A DNA stretch of 64,000 nt from an uncultured Oscillospiraceae bacterium (GCA_964577535.1 CAZNZO010000001.1:138954-202953); one strand, 5' to 3'. Numbered from the stretch's first letter, positions 19,051 to 29,629 are shown. A program made the numbers and translations. Notes: generated from the sequence alone by a model not told the origin.

Positions 19051-19222
19051 TTTTATGTTTTGTGGCACAAATTCTGCCAAACGTTGCGGCTTTTTCGCGA
19101 CAAATGCAACACGTTTGCAACGTTTTTTATTGCCTTGGCTTTGCAACAATTTTTTGCCGTTTTGTTGTTGTGCGGCAACGGCATTTCGAGGCCGTTTTCA
19201 TCAAACTGCCGCATGCGCAAGC

Positions 19223-19741
19223 TTACTGCCCAAATGACAAGAAGCAAGTTTGCGTGCCATCAAGTTTTTTGTAGGTTATGCCGCTTTCGTCCATTATGGC
19301 ATAGCTTGCAACGCCATCTCGCGGCTGGGCAACGGAACCAACGTTTGCAATGATAAGATCGTTGTGCCGTTGCAACAATGCGCAATGAGTGTGGCCATAA
19401 ACCAACACATCGCCGGGCTGCAAAATTACCGGAGGGCGGTACTTGTTGTACCTATCGCCGTGTGTGAAAAACAGTGTGCGCCCAAAGTGATACATAACGG
19501 CGTAGTCTTCCATGCCGCCTTGCAACAGATTTTGACTGAAACCATCGTTGTTACCTAGCACAAAATAGGTTGTTGCATCCAAACTTTGCGCAAGTTGCGC
19601 AATATCCGCGCTGTTGCCGTAGCCGCCAAACAAGTCGCCGCAAAAAACAACCTTTTGGGGCTTTTCCCTTTGGACAATGCCCACCACTTGTTGCATGGCA
19701 GGCAAACTGTTGTGGATATCGGCAAAAACTGCAATTTTCAC
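19223..19741 (-). CDS. Metallophosphoesterase, YfcE/MJ0936 family
   Basis: Motifs DIH, GDLFG, GNND and GHTH. The GTG start directly abuts the glgA stop. Confidence 0.75.
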   Translation of the reverse strand: MKIAVFADIHNSLPAMQQVVGIVQREKPQKVVFCGDLFGGYGNSADIAQLAQSLDATTYFVLGNNDGFSQNLLQGGMEDYAVMYHFGRTLFFTHGDRYNKYRPPVILQPGDVLVYGHTHCALLQRHNDLIIANVGSVAQPRDGVASYAIMDESGITYKKLDGTQTCFLSFGQ

Positions 19742-21181
19742 CTAGAATTCACCGTCCTTCAAACGGAGATACAAATTGACGTATTCTTGGCAACTTTGCT
19801 TCCAACTGAAATCCTGTTGCATGCCACGGCGTTGAATTTCGCAATAGACGTCCTTTTTGTTGTGGAAAAATTCCAAGGCGCGGCCTATGGTGAAAGCCAT
19901 GTCGTGCGCGTTGCAATTGGTGAAGGAAAATCCGTTGCCTTGGCAAGTTTGCTCGTTATAGCTCAAAACGGTGTCGAACAGGCCACCCGTTTCGCGAACA
20001 ATGGGCACTGCGCCGTATTTCAGCGCAATTAGCTGCGTCAATCCGCACGGCTCAAATATGCTGGGAACAAGCAGAAAATCGCAAGCAGCATAAATTTGGT
20101 GCGCCAAAGTGTTGTCGAAAAACAAATTTGCCGACACTTTGCCGGGATATCTGCCGGCTAGCGTTTGAAAAAACATTTCGTAGCGCGCATCCCCAGTGCC
20201 CAAAACAACCAGTTGAACGTCGTGCTGCAAAATTTCATCGGCGGCTTCCACCACCATATCCAATCCCTTTTGATCCACCAAGCGGGAAATGATGCCTATG
20301 ATGGGCGTTTCGGCACGCTCGGGCAAATGCAAGCGGCGTTGCAACAAAATTTTGTTTTCCGTTTTGTTTTGCAACGATTGATAGTTGTAGTTGACGGAAA
20401 TTAGCTTATCCGTTTGCGGATTGTAAGTGGAATAATCCACGCCGTTTAGTATGCCGCTGATTTTGTAGGCATAACGATTGATGACGTTGCCCAAACCTTC
20501 GCTATACCTATCGGTGCAAATTTCTCTTGCATAGGTTGGGGATACCGTTGTTACGGCATCGGCGAACACAATGGCACTTTTCATCAAGTTTACGCCGCCG
20601 TTATGCAACAATTTTTCGTCGGTGAAATAGCTATCGGCAATGCCGGTGAGGTTTTTCATTTCGTCAACACCCAGCCAGCCTTGATAGCGCAAGTTGTGAA
20701 TGGTATAAACCACCTTTGCGTTGGCAAGTTGCCATGCATTGCGATAGAAGGCATCGCGCAAAACGGGAATGTAGCCGGTGGACCAATCGTTGCAATGCAA
20801 CACGTCGGCCGAAACGTTTAGCCAACACACCAAATCCAACGCGGCCTTGCAAAAATAGGCAAAGCGTTCGTTATCGGCAAAACAATACATTGGCCCTTGA
20901 AAATAGTATTCGTTATCCAAAAAATAGTAGGTTACGCCGTCGCGCTGCAACGACAACACGCCAACGTACTGATGGCGCCAGTTGACGTCGGTATAGAAAT
21001 AGCCTACAAACTGCATTTCCATTTTGTACTGCGCTTTTATCACGTCGCAATAGTACGGCATAACAACGGACACGTTGTGTCCTTGAGCGGCAACTGCCTT
21101 GGGCAATGCGCCCATCACGTCGCCCAAACCACCGCTTTTGGCAAATGGTTCCACTTCGGCGGAAAAATAGAAAACGTTCAA
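19742..21181 (-). CDS. glgA: Glycogen synthase
   Basis: N-terminus FYFSAEVEPFAKSGGLGDV. TTG start with GGGAGG Shine-Dalgarno. Confidence 0.92.
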   Translation of the reverse strand: MNVFYFSAEVEPFAKSGGLGDVMGALPKAVAAQGHNVSVVMPYYCDVIKAQYKMEMQFVGYFYTDVNWRHQYVGVLSLQRDGVTYYFLDNEYYFQGPMYCFADNERFAYFCKAALDLVCWLNVSADVLHCNDWSTGYIPVLRDAFYRNAWQLANAKVVYTIHNLRYQGWLGVDEMKNLTGIADSYFTDEKLLHNGGVNLMKSAIVFADAVTTVSPTYAREICTDRYSEGLGNVINRYAYKISGILNGVDYSTYNPQTDKLISVNYNYQSLQNKTENKILLQRRLHLPERAETPIIGIISRLVDQKGLDMVVEAADEILQHDVQLVVLGTGDARYEMFFQTLAGRYPGKVSANLFFDNTLAHQIYAACDFLLVPSIFEPCGLTQLIALKYGAVPIVRETGGLFDTVLSYNEQTCQGNGFSFTNCNAHDMAFTIGRALEFFHNKKDVYCEIQRRGMQQDFSWKQSCQEYVNLYLRLKDGEF

Positions 21182-21201
21182 AAGACCTTTCCTCCCTTGT
21201 G

Positions 21202-22290
21202 CTAGATTGTGCGGTGTTTGCCCACCACAATGGGGAAGTCGGGTTGTCCGACAAGTTCACGGTTGTTCAAAATCACACAGTCTTTATCGATTATGCAACA
21301 ACGCAAATGCACGTCTTTGGATATCACCGTGTTTTGCATAACGATGCAATCTTCCACCACGGCGCCTTTTTCCACCTTGACACCACGCGACAAAATGCTG
21401 TTGTGCACTTTGCCATCGATGACACAACCGTCGGCTATCATGCTGGACGAAACGTCTGCGCCAAACAAATATCTGGTGGGAATTTTATCCTTAACTTTGG
21501 TTAGGATGCGCTTATCAGATATGAACAGGTTTTTGCGAACATCGGAGTTCATCAAATCCATGGAAACTTTGAAATAACTGTTGGTATCCAACACGGTGGC
21601 AACGTAGCCTTCAAACAAAAATGCGCCAACTTTTCCACGAGAAATGAAAGTTGCAATAAGATCGTTAAAGAAACTGTGCTTTGCCAGCATTTGGCAACGC
21701 TCCAAAACGTTTACCAAAACATCTTTTGTGAAAACATAGTAGCCAACTGGACGGCAACTTTCGCCGTTTTTGCGAGAAACAAAACCGTTGACACTGCTTC
21801 CATCCACCGAAAGATAGACGGGGCTTTCTTCGTCGGAATGGGTATAGACAATGGTAAGTTCTGCACCGCTTTGTTTGTGTTGTTTCAAGACGGCATCAAA
21901 AGTGAAGTTGCACACACTGTTGCAATCGGCAACAACAACATACTTTTGTTGCGAACGTTTTAGGTAGTGCAAAACATTTATAAGCATTTTCAAACGCTCG
22001 TCCGCTTCGGAATTACTTGCCACAAAGGGAGGCAAGAATTTTAGACCGTATTTTTTGCGTGCCAATCCCCACGGCTTGCCGCTACCCAAGTGGTCCATGA
22101 GCGATTGATAGTTATAGTCGGTGGCAACACCAACGTTGATTATGCCGCTGTTCACCATGTTGGACAAAATGAAATCCACCAACCTGTAGCGACCGGCAAA
22201 AGGAATGGCGGCAACACTGCGCAAGCGGGTTAGTTCGCCCATGTCGCAATCGTTGTTGGAAGTAAGAATTACGCCCAAAGTGTCAATCAT
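21202..22290 (-). CDS. glgD: Glucose-1-phosphate adenylyltransferase regulatory subunit GlgD
   Basis: GlgC paralogue lacking the GGxGxRL motif, with left-handed beta-helix repeats at the C-terminus. Overlaps glgC by 8 nt. Confidence 0.8.
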   Translation of the reverse strand: MIDTLGVILTSNNDCDMGELTRLRSVAAIPFAGRYRLVDFILSNMVNSGIINVGVATDYNYQSLMDHLGSGKPWGLARKKYGLKFLPPFVASNSEADERLKMLINVLHYLKRSQQKYVVVADCNSVCNFTFDAVLKQHKQSGAELTIVYTHSDEESPVYLSVDGSSVNGFVSRKNGESCRPVGYYVFTKDVLVNVLERCQMLAKHSFFNDLIATFISRGKVGAFLFEGYVATVLDTNSYFKVSMDLMNSDVRKNLFISDKRILTKVKDKIPTRYLFGADVSSSMIADGCVIDGKVHNSILSRGVKVEKGAVVEDCIVMQNTVISKDVHLRCCIIDKDCVILNNRELVGQPDFPIVVGKHRTI

Positions 22291-23500
22291 CGCTTTCTCC
22301 TCCTTCTTCTACTATCATGCTGTTGCCGCAAAAATGCGTAGCGTCGGGCAAATTGACGTTTTCGCCAATAAGTGAAACGCCGTCGGAACAGTAGGCGGAA
22401 ACAAATTGATTGTCGCCTTCGAACCCGATTGTTGCATCGTTGCCAACCGTAGCATTTTCGCCCACGATGGTTTTGTGCACTTTTGCACCGGCACGAATGG
22501 TTGCGCCGGATAGAACTACGCTATCCGTCACTTCGGCGCCCTTTTCCACCGTTACGCCGTCAAAAATTATGCTGTGAGATATTTTTCCATCCACGTAGCA
22601 ACCTTCCGTTATAAGGCTGTTTTCTACCTTTGCATGAGTGCCAATGAAGTGCGGGCTCATCAAAGTGGAACGGGAAAGAATGGGCCATTCTTCGTCATCC
22701 AAGTTTAGGCTGTCGAAATCTAGCAAGTCCATGTTGGCTTGCCACAGGCTGGAAACGGTTCCCACGTCCTTCCAATATCCGTTGAAACGGTATCCAAACA
22801 ACGCCGCGCCCGATTGCAACAGCGTGGGAATAACGTTTTTGCCAAAATCCTTAACGCTGTTTTCGTCGTGCTCGTCGACAATAAGCGCACTGCGCAAAAC
22901 GCTCCATTTAAAAATGTAGATGCCCATAGATGCCGTGTTGCTTTTGGGGTGAGCGGGTTTTTCTTCAAAAGAAGTTATGCGCCCTTGCTGGTTGCAGGAC
23001 AAAATTCCAAAGCGAGAGGCTTCGGCAGGATCCACCGGCAACATGGCAATGGTAACGTCGGCATCGTTCTTTTTGTGATAATCTAGCATTTGCGCATAGT
23101 TCATCTTGTAGATGTGATCGCCGGACAAAATAAGCACGTGTTCCGGATTGAATTTGTCGATAAACTCCAAATTTTGATAGATGGCGTTTGCCGTGCCCTT
23201 ATACCATTCGCCCTTCTTTTCTCTCATGTAGGGAGGCAAAATATATACGCCACCATCGTCAACGTCCAAGTCCCAAGCTTGTCCGTTGCCTATGTAGGTG
23301 TTTAGTTCTAGCGGCTTGTACTGCGTGAGAATACCAACTGTATCTATGCCCGATTGCACGCAGTTGGTAAGGGGAAAGTCGATGATGCGATATTTTCCCC
23401 CAAATTGTACGGCAGGTTTGGCAACGTGCTTTGTTAGCACCCCCAAACGACTGCCCTGCCCGCCGGCAAGTATCATTGCTATGCACTCTTTTTGTTTCAT
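22283..23500 (-). CDS. glgC: Glucose-1-phosphate adenylyltransferase
   Basis: [33 protein letters not shown]. Start at 23500 behind GGGGAGGTG. Confidence 0.92.
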   Translation of the reverse strand: MKQKECIAMILAGGQGSRLGVLTKHVAKPAVQFGGKYRIIDFPLTNCVQSGIDTVGILTQYKPLELNTYIGNGQAWDLDVDDGGVYILPPYMREKKGEWYKGTANAIYQNLEFIDKFNPEHVLILSGDHIYKMNYAQMLDYHKKNDADVTIAMLPVDPAEASRFGILSCNQQGRITSFEEKPAHPKSNTASMGIYIFKWSVLRSALIVDEHDENSVKDFGKNVIPTLLQSGAALFGYRFNGYWKDVGTVSSLWQANMDLLDFDSLNLDDEEWPILSRSTLMSPHFIGTHAKVENSLITEGCYVDGKISHSIIFDGVTVEKGAEVTDSVVLSGATIRAGAKVHKTIVGENATVGNDATIGFEGDNQFVSAYCSDGVSLIGENVNLPDATHFCGNSMIVEEGGESDD

Positions 23501-23520
23501 AAGCACCTCCCCGAGAGATA

Positions 23521-23814
23521 TTATATTTCTATGTGTTCAATGCCCTCTTTGTCGCTTTGCTTATACACAACGAAACGGTTGCCAACGCATAACACCGGTT
23601 GGCATTGCAACGCTTCGCACACGCAAGCACACAACGTTTTTGCGCTTACCGTGCAACTTTTTAGCGACGCCACTTTGACAAGTTCGTGATGATACAGCGC
23701 CGTGGCAATTTCGGACAAAACGTTTTCAGTAAGTTCGTCCTTGCCAATGGTGACTGCCGGTTTCAAAGTGTTGGCCATTGCTTTTAGTTTGCTTCTTTGC
23801 TTTGTTGTTATCAT
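23521..23814 (-). CDS. yhbY: CRM-domain RNA-binding protein YhbY
   Basis: [30 protein letters not shown]...HELVKV. Confidence 0.85.
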   Translation of the reverse strand: MITTKQRSKLKAMANTLKPAVTIGKDELTENVLSEIATALYHHELVKVASLKSCTVSAKTLCACVCEALQCQPVLCVGNRFVVYKQSDKEGIEHIEI

Positions 23815-23823
23815 ACGTTACTC

Positions 23824-25083
23824 CTAGTCTACAAAATCAAATTCCAATTCGCCAACGATGACGGTGCTACCGTCCTTGGCGCCAGCATTACGCAACGCCG
23901 TGATGACGCCACGCTCTTTCATTACACGTTGAAAATACCCAAAACTGTCGTAGTCGTCCATGTTTACTTTGCGCGACAACGCCTTTACCAAGCCGCCCAC
24001 AACTTCGAAAACGTCTTCTTCCAAAACTTCTATTTGGAAATCGTAGGATTCTTCTTCGTCTAGCGACACCGCTTGATATTCCAAAGGTTGGGCAGGTGGC
24101 AATTTTTCCAATACGTCCACCAAAATTTTGAGCAAATCCTCCACACCCTCGTGAATTATGGTGGTCATTGGCACCACTGTGAGGCTGGGAAAACTTTCAC
24201 GGAAACGCTGCAAATTTTCCTGTGCGGAAGGCATATCCATTTTGTTTGCCACAACTATCATGGGCAAGTTTTTAAGTTCGGCATCATACTTGAACAGTTC
24301 GCCGTTGATAAGTTTGAAGTCGTCCAACGGATCGCGGCCTTCGCTGCCGGAAATATCCAAAACGTGCACCAAAACGCGCGTGCGCTCGATGTGGCGCAAA
24401 AAGCTGTGTCCCAAACCTGCGCCGTCGCTTGCGCCTTCTATCAAGCCGGGGATATCCGCCACAACAAAAGTTTTGTCGTAGTAGGAAACTACGCCCAGAT
24501 TGGGAGATAGCGTTGTGAAGTGATAGTTGGCAATTCTGGGTTTGGCACTGGATACAACGGAAAGCAACGTGCTTTTTCCCACGTTGGGGAAGCCAACCAA
24601 GCCCACGTCGGCAATGGTTTTAAGTTCCAAAATAATTTCGTGCTCTTCCGTTTTTATGCCGTGTTCGGCAAAGGAGGGGGAGCGTCTTCTGGGGGTGGCA
24701 AAATGCTTGTTGCCACGGCCGCCACGGCCGCCCTTCAAAATTACTTGACGTTGGCCGTCGGAATACATATCGGCAATGATTTTTCCTTCGGTGGTTTTAA
24801 CTACCGTGCCAACAGGCACCTTAATTTCCAAATCGGCGCCGCACTTGCCGTAGCAATTCTTTTTGCCGCCGTCACTGCCGTTTTCTGCGCGAAAGTGCTT
24901 TTGGAAGTGAAATGCGTTCAAAGTGTTTTCGGCCGAAGTGGCAACAAAAACAACGTCGCCGCCCTTGCCACCGTCACCGCCGTCCGGGCCACCATTGGGC
25001 ACGTATTTTTCCGTGTGCAAACTGGCGGAACCATTTCCGCCGTTGCCCGCTTTGATGAAAATTTTTACTTTATCTATAAACAT
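23824..25083 (-). CDS. obg: GTPase Obg/CgtA
   Basis: MFIDKVKIFIKAGNGGNGSAS..GGPDGGDGGKGG. G motifs GFPNVGKST and DIPG. Confidence 0.95.
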   Translation of the reverse strand: MFIDKVKIFIKAGNGGNGSASLHTEKYVPNGGPDGGDGGKGGDVVFVATSAENTLNAFHFQKHFRAENGSDGGKKNCYGKCGADLEIKVPVGTVVKTTEGKIIADMYSDGQRQVILKGGRGGRGNKHFATPRRRSPSFAEHGIKTEEHEIILELKTIADVGLVGFPNVGKSTLLSVVSSAKPRIANYHFTTLSPNLGVVSYYDKTFVVADIPGLIEGASDGAGLGHSFLRHIERTRVLVHVLDISGSEGRDPLDDFKLINGELFKYDAELKNLPMIVVANKMDMPSAQENLQRFRESFPSLTVVPMTTIIHEGVEDLLKILVDVLEKLPPAQPLEYQAVSLDEEESYDFQIEVLEEDVFEVVGGLVKALSRKVNMDDYDSFGYFQRVMKERGVITALRNAGAKDGSTVIVGELEFDFVD

Positions 25084-25086
25084 AAA

Positions 25087-26238
25087 CTACCTCTGATACT
25101 TCTTTGATATCGCCAAAAATGCGTTTTTGGCATCGGCCACCGCTTGCGCAACCAAATTTTTGCCCACTGCATCGCCGCCAGCATACAGATTTTGGCCTGC
25201 GTTGTTTTGGCCGTCAATGCGCAACAAGTCGGACGGATAAACCGCCTCGTCGTAGCGACTGCCCGTTGCAACCACCAGGTTTTCGCACTGCAATTGCATG
25301 GTTTGGTCGGTTAGAACAAGTTTTCCACGGCCTTCGGATACGGTTTTTGCAAAAACAACGTTCAAATTGCCATCCTTTGTGACGCAAACGGGCGCAACGT
25401 TGAACAAAAACTCCACGCCGTCCTCTTCCGCTGCTTTAATTTCCGACGGAAAAGCAGGCATATCTTGTTTGCTTCTGCGATAGGCCACAATGGTTTTGAA
25501 ACCTGCCCGCGCATTTTTTCGTGCACAATCCATGGCAGTGTTGCCGCCGCCTATAACAACGGCTTGTCCACAACTTGGGCTGCGCAAAAAATCATCGGCC
25601 GAAATGGCGTATTCTTCCCCGTCCACACGCATTTTGTTGGGCACGGAAACGCCTGTTGCCAAATAGACGACGGAATACTCACTTTTTAGTTTTTCCACGT
25701 CGCAAGCTTTTAGGTCGGCCTTTTGGAATGTTATGCTGCTGTTTTGAAAAGCGTGCTGAATCTTATCCAAAGCCGAAACAGGCAAACGAAAACTGGGAAT
25801 GCTGCGCAAAGTGTGCAGCAATTGGTTGCGTTCGAAAACCGTGACGGAAGCGCCGCACTGGTAGCACAGCCCTGCAAAGGTCAATCCGGAAACGCCGCCG
25901 CCCACTACGGCCACTTTCAAATGAGACAAACTGTTGTTTTGCACCTTCAAAGTGGGGAAATATTGCTCAAAAACACGGCGTTCCACGCCGCCCACGTCCA
26001 CGCCGTTACCACGGGCAGACAACACGCAATGCCCCTTGCACTGCTTTTCCCTTGGGCAAACGTAACCGCACACTTCGCCGAAAAGGTGCCCCACAACTTG
26101 CGTAGCGCGGTGATATTCTCCTTCGCTTGCCAGGCGCAAAAATTGCGGCACGTTATATTTAACTGGGCAACCCTCGATGCATTGCGGATTTTTGCAATGC
26201 AAGCAACGGTCAGCTTCGGTTTTCAAAAAATCACTCAT
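25087..26238 (-). CDS. GltD/NfnB-like FAD/NAD(P)-dependent oxidoreductase with an N-terminal Fe-S domain
   Basis: CLHCKNPQCIEGCP and CPREKQCKGHC cluster motifs, plus two dinucleotide folds (VAVVGGGVSG, VVIGGGNTAMD). No partner subunit is adjacent. Confidence 0.75.
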   Translation of the reverse strand: MSDFLKTEADRCLHCKNPQCIEGCPVKYNVPQFLRLASEGEYHRATQVVGHLFGEVCGYVCPREKQCKGHCVLSARGNGVDVGGVERRVFEQYFPTLKVQNNSLSHLKVAVVGGGVSGLTFAGLCYQCGASVTVFERNQLLHTLRSIPSFRLPVSALDKIQHAFQNSSITFQKADLKACDVEKLKSEYSVVYLATGVSVPNKMRVDGEEYAISADDFLRSPSCGQAVVIGGGNTAMDCARKNARAGFKTIVAYRRSKQDMPAFPSEIKAAEEDGVEFLFNVAPVCVTKDGNLNVVFAKTVSEGRGKLVLTDQTMQLQCENLVVATGSRYDEAVYPSDLLRIDGQNNAGQNLYAGGDAVGKNLVAQAVADAKNAFLAISKKYQR

Positions 26239-26866
26239 GTTTGTTTTTATCCTTGTAGTAGCGGCACAAATCCTTTACGGAACAGTTTTCGCAAGCGGGG
26301 CGTTGCGCCTTGCACACATAGCGACCGTGCAACAAAAGGTAGTGATGACTGTCGCCCCAATCTTGTTCGGGAATGGCCCGCATAAGTTGTTTTTCCGTAT
26401 CCAAAACGTTTTTGGCGCAAGTGATGCCCAACCGGTTGGAAACACGGAAAACGTGCGTATCCACTGCTATTGCGTTGCCGCCAAAAGCAACGGCATAAAC
26501 AACGTTGGCAGTTTTGCGGCCTACGCCTGCAAGGGTACGCAAATCATCCAAATTGTTTGGCACTTCGCCATCGAAACGGTTGACGATATCGGCGGAAGAT
26601 TGCTTCAAAAAACAAGCCTTGTTGTGATAGAACCCGCAAGGACGAATTAGCTCTTCTATTTTTTGTAGCGGAAGCTCCGCCATTTTTTGCGGCGTGTCGG
26701 CAACGGCAAACAAAGCGGGAGTCACCGTGTTTACTCGTTTATCCGTGCATTGCGCCGACAAAATTACGGCAACCAACAACTGAAAGGGATTTTGAAAGTT
26801 CAATTCGCTTTTGGCGTTTGGAAAATCCACCGACAGTCGTTGCAAAATTTCTTGAACGTTGGTCAT
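26231..26866 (-). CDS. nth: Endonuclease III
   Basis: FQLLVAVILSAQCTDKRVN, HhH-GPD motif (LAGVGRKTANVV), and a C-terminal Cys cluster (CKAQRPACENCSVKDLC). Confidence 0.92.
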   Translation of the reverse strand: MTNVQEILQRLSVDFPNAKSELNFQNPFQLLVAVILSAQCTDKRVNTVTPALFAVADTPQKMAELPLQKIEELIRPCGFYHNKACFLKQSSADIVNRFDGEVPNNLDDLRTLAGVGRKTANVVYAVAFGGNAIAVDTHVFRVSNRLGITCAKNVLDTEKQLMRAIPEQDWGDSHHYLLLHGRYVCKAQRPACENCSVKDLCRYYKDKNKHE

Positions 26867-26959
26867 ACAGCACCTGCTTATGCCACTATTATAGCACTAT
26901 AATACATTATACGCCTAGTTGGCATATTTATCAAGGGCTATTTTCAAAAAATATTTGTT

Positions 26960-27211
26960 TCATAGGCGACTTATCAGCGTGCCGTTTAGCGTGTTGCGCA
27001 CCAAAAAGAACCCAACGAAGGTTTCTGCATCGGAAAGGGCGGCCGATAGCGCCGGATAATCGGCATAAGCAAACTTGACGGACAAGCCGCACCCCACGTT
27101 TGCGCCCCTTGGTGTGGAAATTAGCGCTGCCACAAAACCGTTTTTAATCAAAAAGTTATAGGCGCGCATGGCAACGTTGCGAGAACGATAAACGGCAATT
27201 ACGTACTGCAT
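26960..27211 (-). CDS. DUF3343-like small protein (putative S/Se carrier-like)
   Basis: MQYVIAVYRSRNVAMRAYNFLIKNGFVAALISTPRGANVGCGLSVKF. Track ORF trimmed to the ATG at 27211 behind AAGGAGG. Confidence 0.55.
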   Translation of the reverse strand: MQYVIAVYRSRNVAMRAYNFLIKNGFVAALISTPRGANVGCGLSVKFAYADYPALSAALSDAETFVGFFLVRNTLNGTLISRL

Positions 27212-27369
27212 TTTTTCCTCCTTATGTACCGCAAGTTGCTTGCCGTCAAAAACGAATGGTTTTGCGGTGACTCCCTTTGGCAAAACGCTTGGCGCCAAGA
27301 CGGCATATACCAACGATTTCGCCATAGAATATACTACTGTTTTTATGCGAAAAAAGTGAGGACAATGCC

Positions 27370-28497
27370 ATGATTTATTTGGACAACGCCGCAACCACCA
27401 ACTACAAACCGCAACGAGTTGTAGAAACGGTGCACGACTGTTTGACAAAATACCCCTTCAACCCCAACCGAGGCAACAACAAATATGCATACTTTTTGCA
27501 AGAAAAACTGCTAGAAACACGCAAAAAACTTTCGCTGTTATACCGCAACGACGGCGAAAATCACGTTGTTTTTACCAGCGGTTGCACGCAAGCACTTAAC
27601 CTGGCAATTTTGGGCAATGCAAAAAGGGGAAGGATTGTAGTTTCTGCCACGGAACACAATTCCGTTTTGCGCCCCGTTATGCAACTGGAAAAACGAGGAC
27701 TGGCAAAAGTATCCGTTGTGCAACCGGTTGGCGGACAGATTACGCTTGATGCACTTAAAAACGTTTGGCAAGAAGATGTTTTTATGCTGTGCGTTTCCCA
27801 CGCAAGCAACGTTAACGGCACACGACAAAATTTGACGGAGCTAGGCGACTTTGCGCATCGCAACGGCGCATTGTTTTTGGTAGACTGTGCACAATCGGCA
27901 GGATATTTTGCGCTGGACATGGCAACTTTGGGCGTGGATTTGGTGGCGCTTGGCGCGCACAAAGGCTTGCACGGAATTCAAGGTGCAGGTGCGCTGATCT
28001 TCACGGAAAAATCTGTGCCACGGCCCATAACGTTTGGCGGTACGGGCACGGAAAGCCACCTGCCCTACCAGCCGCAAACCATCCCCGACGGATTGGAATC
28101 GGGCACGCTGCCCATGCCGTCAATAATGGCAATGAACGCAGGTTTGGATTGGTGGATAGACAACTGGCAACAAAACGACCAAAACGTGTGCGATGCACAA
28201 AGTTTGCTTTTGGATGGTTTGAAAAGTATCCCCAAAGTGAAAATGTTTTCGCAAAAAAACAAAAGTGGCATTGTTGCCTTTGACGTTGGCAATCTGGATA
28301 GCAACGCCGTTGCCGACAAACTGCAAAACGATTTTGATATTGTTGTTAGGGGCGGTTTGCAATGCGCACCACTTATGCACAAATATTTGGGCACTTTCAA
28401 CCAGGGCGTTGTGCGAGCATCCGTTTCCTGCATCACCACCAAGCGAGAATGTTTTACATTTTTGGGCGCCGTGGAAGAAATTGCAAAGCACGCATAA
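27370..28497 (+). CDS. Class V aminotransferase / cysteine desulfurase family
   Basis: MIYLDNAATT, SHASNVNGT, a PLP lysine region (GAHKGLHG), and a Cys loop (GGLQCAPLMH). Confidence 0.85.
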   Translation: MIYLDNAATTNYKPQRVVETVHDCLTKYPFNPNRGNNKYAYFLQEKLLETRKKLSLLYRNDGENHVVFTSGCTQALNLAILGNAKRGRIVVSATEHNSVLRPVMQLEKRGLAKVSVVQPVGGQITLDALKNVWQEDVFMLCVSHASNVNGTRQNLTELGDFAHRNGALFLVDCAQSAGYFALDMATLGVDLVALGAHKGLHGIQGAGALIFTEKSVPRPITFGGTGTESHLPYQPQTIPDGLESGTLPMPSIMAMNAGLDWWIDNWQQNDQNVCDAQSLLLDGLKSIPKVKMFSQKNKSGIVAFDVGNLDSNAVADKLQNDFDIVVRGGLQCAPLMHKYLGTFNQGVVRASVSCITTKRECFTFLGAVEEIAKHA

Positions 28498-28545
28498 AAA
28501 ACTGCTGCTTGCACCGTTTGTGGGCAGGCAGCAGTTTTTGTTTGT
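28498..28545. terminator. Bidirectional terminator between convergent genes
   Basis: AAAACTGCTGC...GCAGCAGTTTT followed by TGTTTG. Confidence 0.55.
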
Positions 28546-28563
28546 GAATTTTTGGCCGGCGTA

Positions 28564-28896
28564 CTACAACCGCAACAATTGTTGAACCAATTCGTTGAGG
28601 CGTGTTTTTTGTTCGTCGTTTAGAAGGGGAGAAATGCGTTTGGCAAACTGCAACAGCTGGTCGTTGGTAAGTTTGCCGGCGGCCTTTTGTTCCAACACGT
28701 TGTTTAGAATATCCCTAACTAGCTGCCCTTCCCCTTCACGTTGATATTTTGCGGCAAGCTTTTTCATTTCTTCCAAGCGCTGATCGTAGGTTTGGGACGT
28801 TTGCTGCGCTTGTTGGTGCTCCGTTTTGGGGTGTTCTGAGGCATCTTGCATGCGCTGGTTGAAAAATAGGTTGCGAGGATCGTCCGTTTGATTCAT
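28564..28896 (-). CDS. Hypothetical Q/E-rich helical protein (110 aa)
   Basis: Intact ORF with AAAGGAGCAAAAA-ATG Shine-Dalgarno. I recognise no family. Confidence 0.5.
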   Translation of the reverse strand: MNQTDDPRNLFFNQRMQDASEHPKTEHQQAQQTSQTYDQRLEEMKKLAAKYQREGEGQLVRDILNNVLEQKAAGKLTNDQLLQFAKRISPLLNDEQKTRLNELVQQLLRL

Positions 28897-28978
28897 TTTT
28901 TGCTCCTTTCAAGTTTTTGGTCACTATCAATTATATGTCGGCATATAATATGTTGATAACCCCAAAGGAGGCGTTTGT

Positions 28979-29377
28979 GTGAATTTGTCTTGGTTGGCAC
29001 TGGCACTGGTTGCCATGCAACTTCTAAATTGCCCAAAGGACAAACCCAAAAAAACGCCCAATTTGACGGAGTTTCTTTCGGATGACACAAAAAGCATGTT
29101 GGATTGCTTTGGAAAACTGACTTCCGGCGACACCACCGACAAACTGAGCGCAATTATGCAAGCCCTTTCCAACCCTGTTGTGATGAACGTTGCGCAATCG
29201 TTTTTTTCGACGCCGCAGAAAGATGAGCCACACGGCGAATTTACCAACGACGAAGGCTACACCTTTGAAAAGCCGTCGCAAGAAGCAAAGGAGTTTTTTC
29301 ACCCGATAGAACACATTGCCGACCCGGAAGTGAAAAACAAACTTTACACTCTATACGACAATTGGTATCTGAAATAG
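28979..29377 (+). CDS. Hypothetical protein (132 aa) with a hydrophobic N-terminus
   Basis: GTG start 7 nt after AAAGGAGG. N-terminus MNLSWLALALVAMQLLNC. I recognise no family. Confidence 0.45.
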   Translation: MNLSWLALALVAMQLLNCPKDKPKKTPNLTEFLSDDTKSMLDCFGKLTSGDTTDKLSAIMQALSNPVVMNVAQSFFSTPQKDEPHGEFTNDEGYTFEKPSQEAKEFFHPIEHIADPEVKNKLYTLYDNWYLK

Positions 29378-29629
29378 CCTTACGGAGGCAAGGCAACAGA
29401 TTGTGCCTTGAAAAATTGCATGCCAAACGGCAAGTGCGCCAAACCTTTTGAATTATGCCATATGCAAACAAGTTGGTGAACACATCTCTTTGCTAGTTTT
29501 GACAAGCTGCTTGTTTTGGGCGAGTTTGGACAACGCAATTGTTGCAACAACAACTAAATTATTTGCACGCCACAGCAAACAACAAAATTTTCGGCAACGT
29601 TGTCAAGCAAGCCGCCTCGAAAAACTCAA

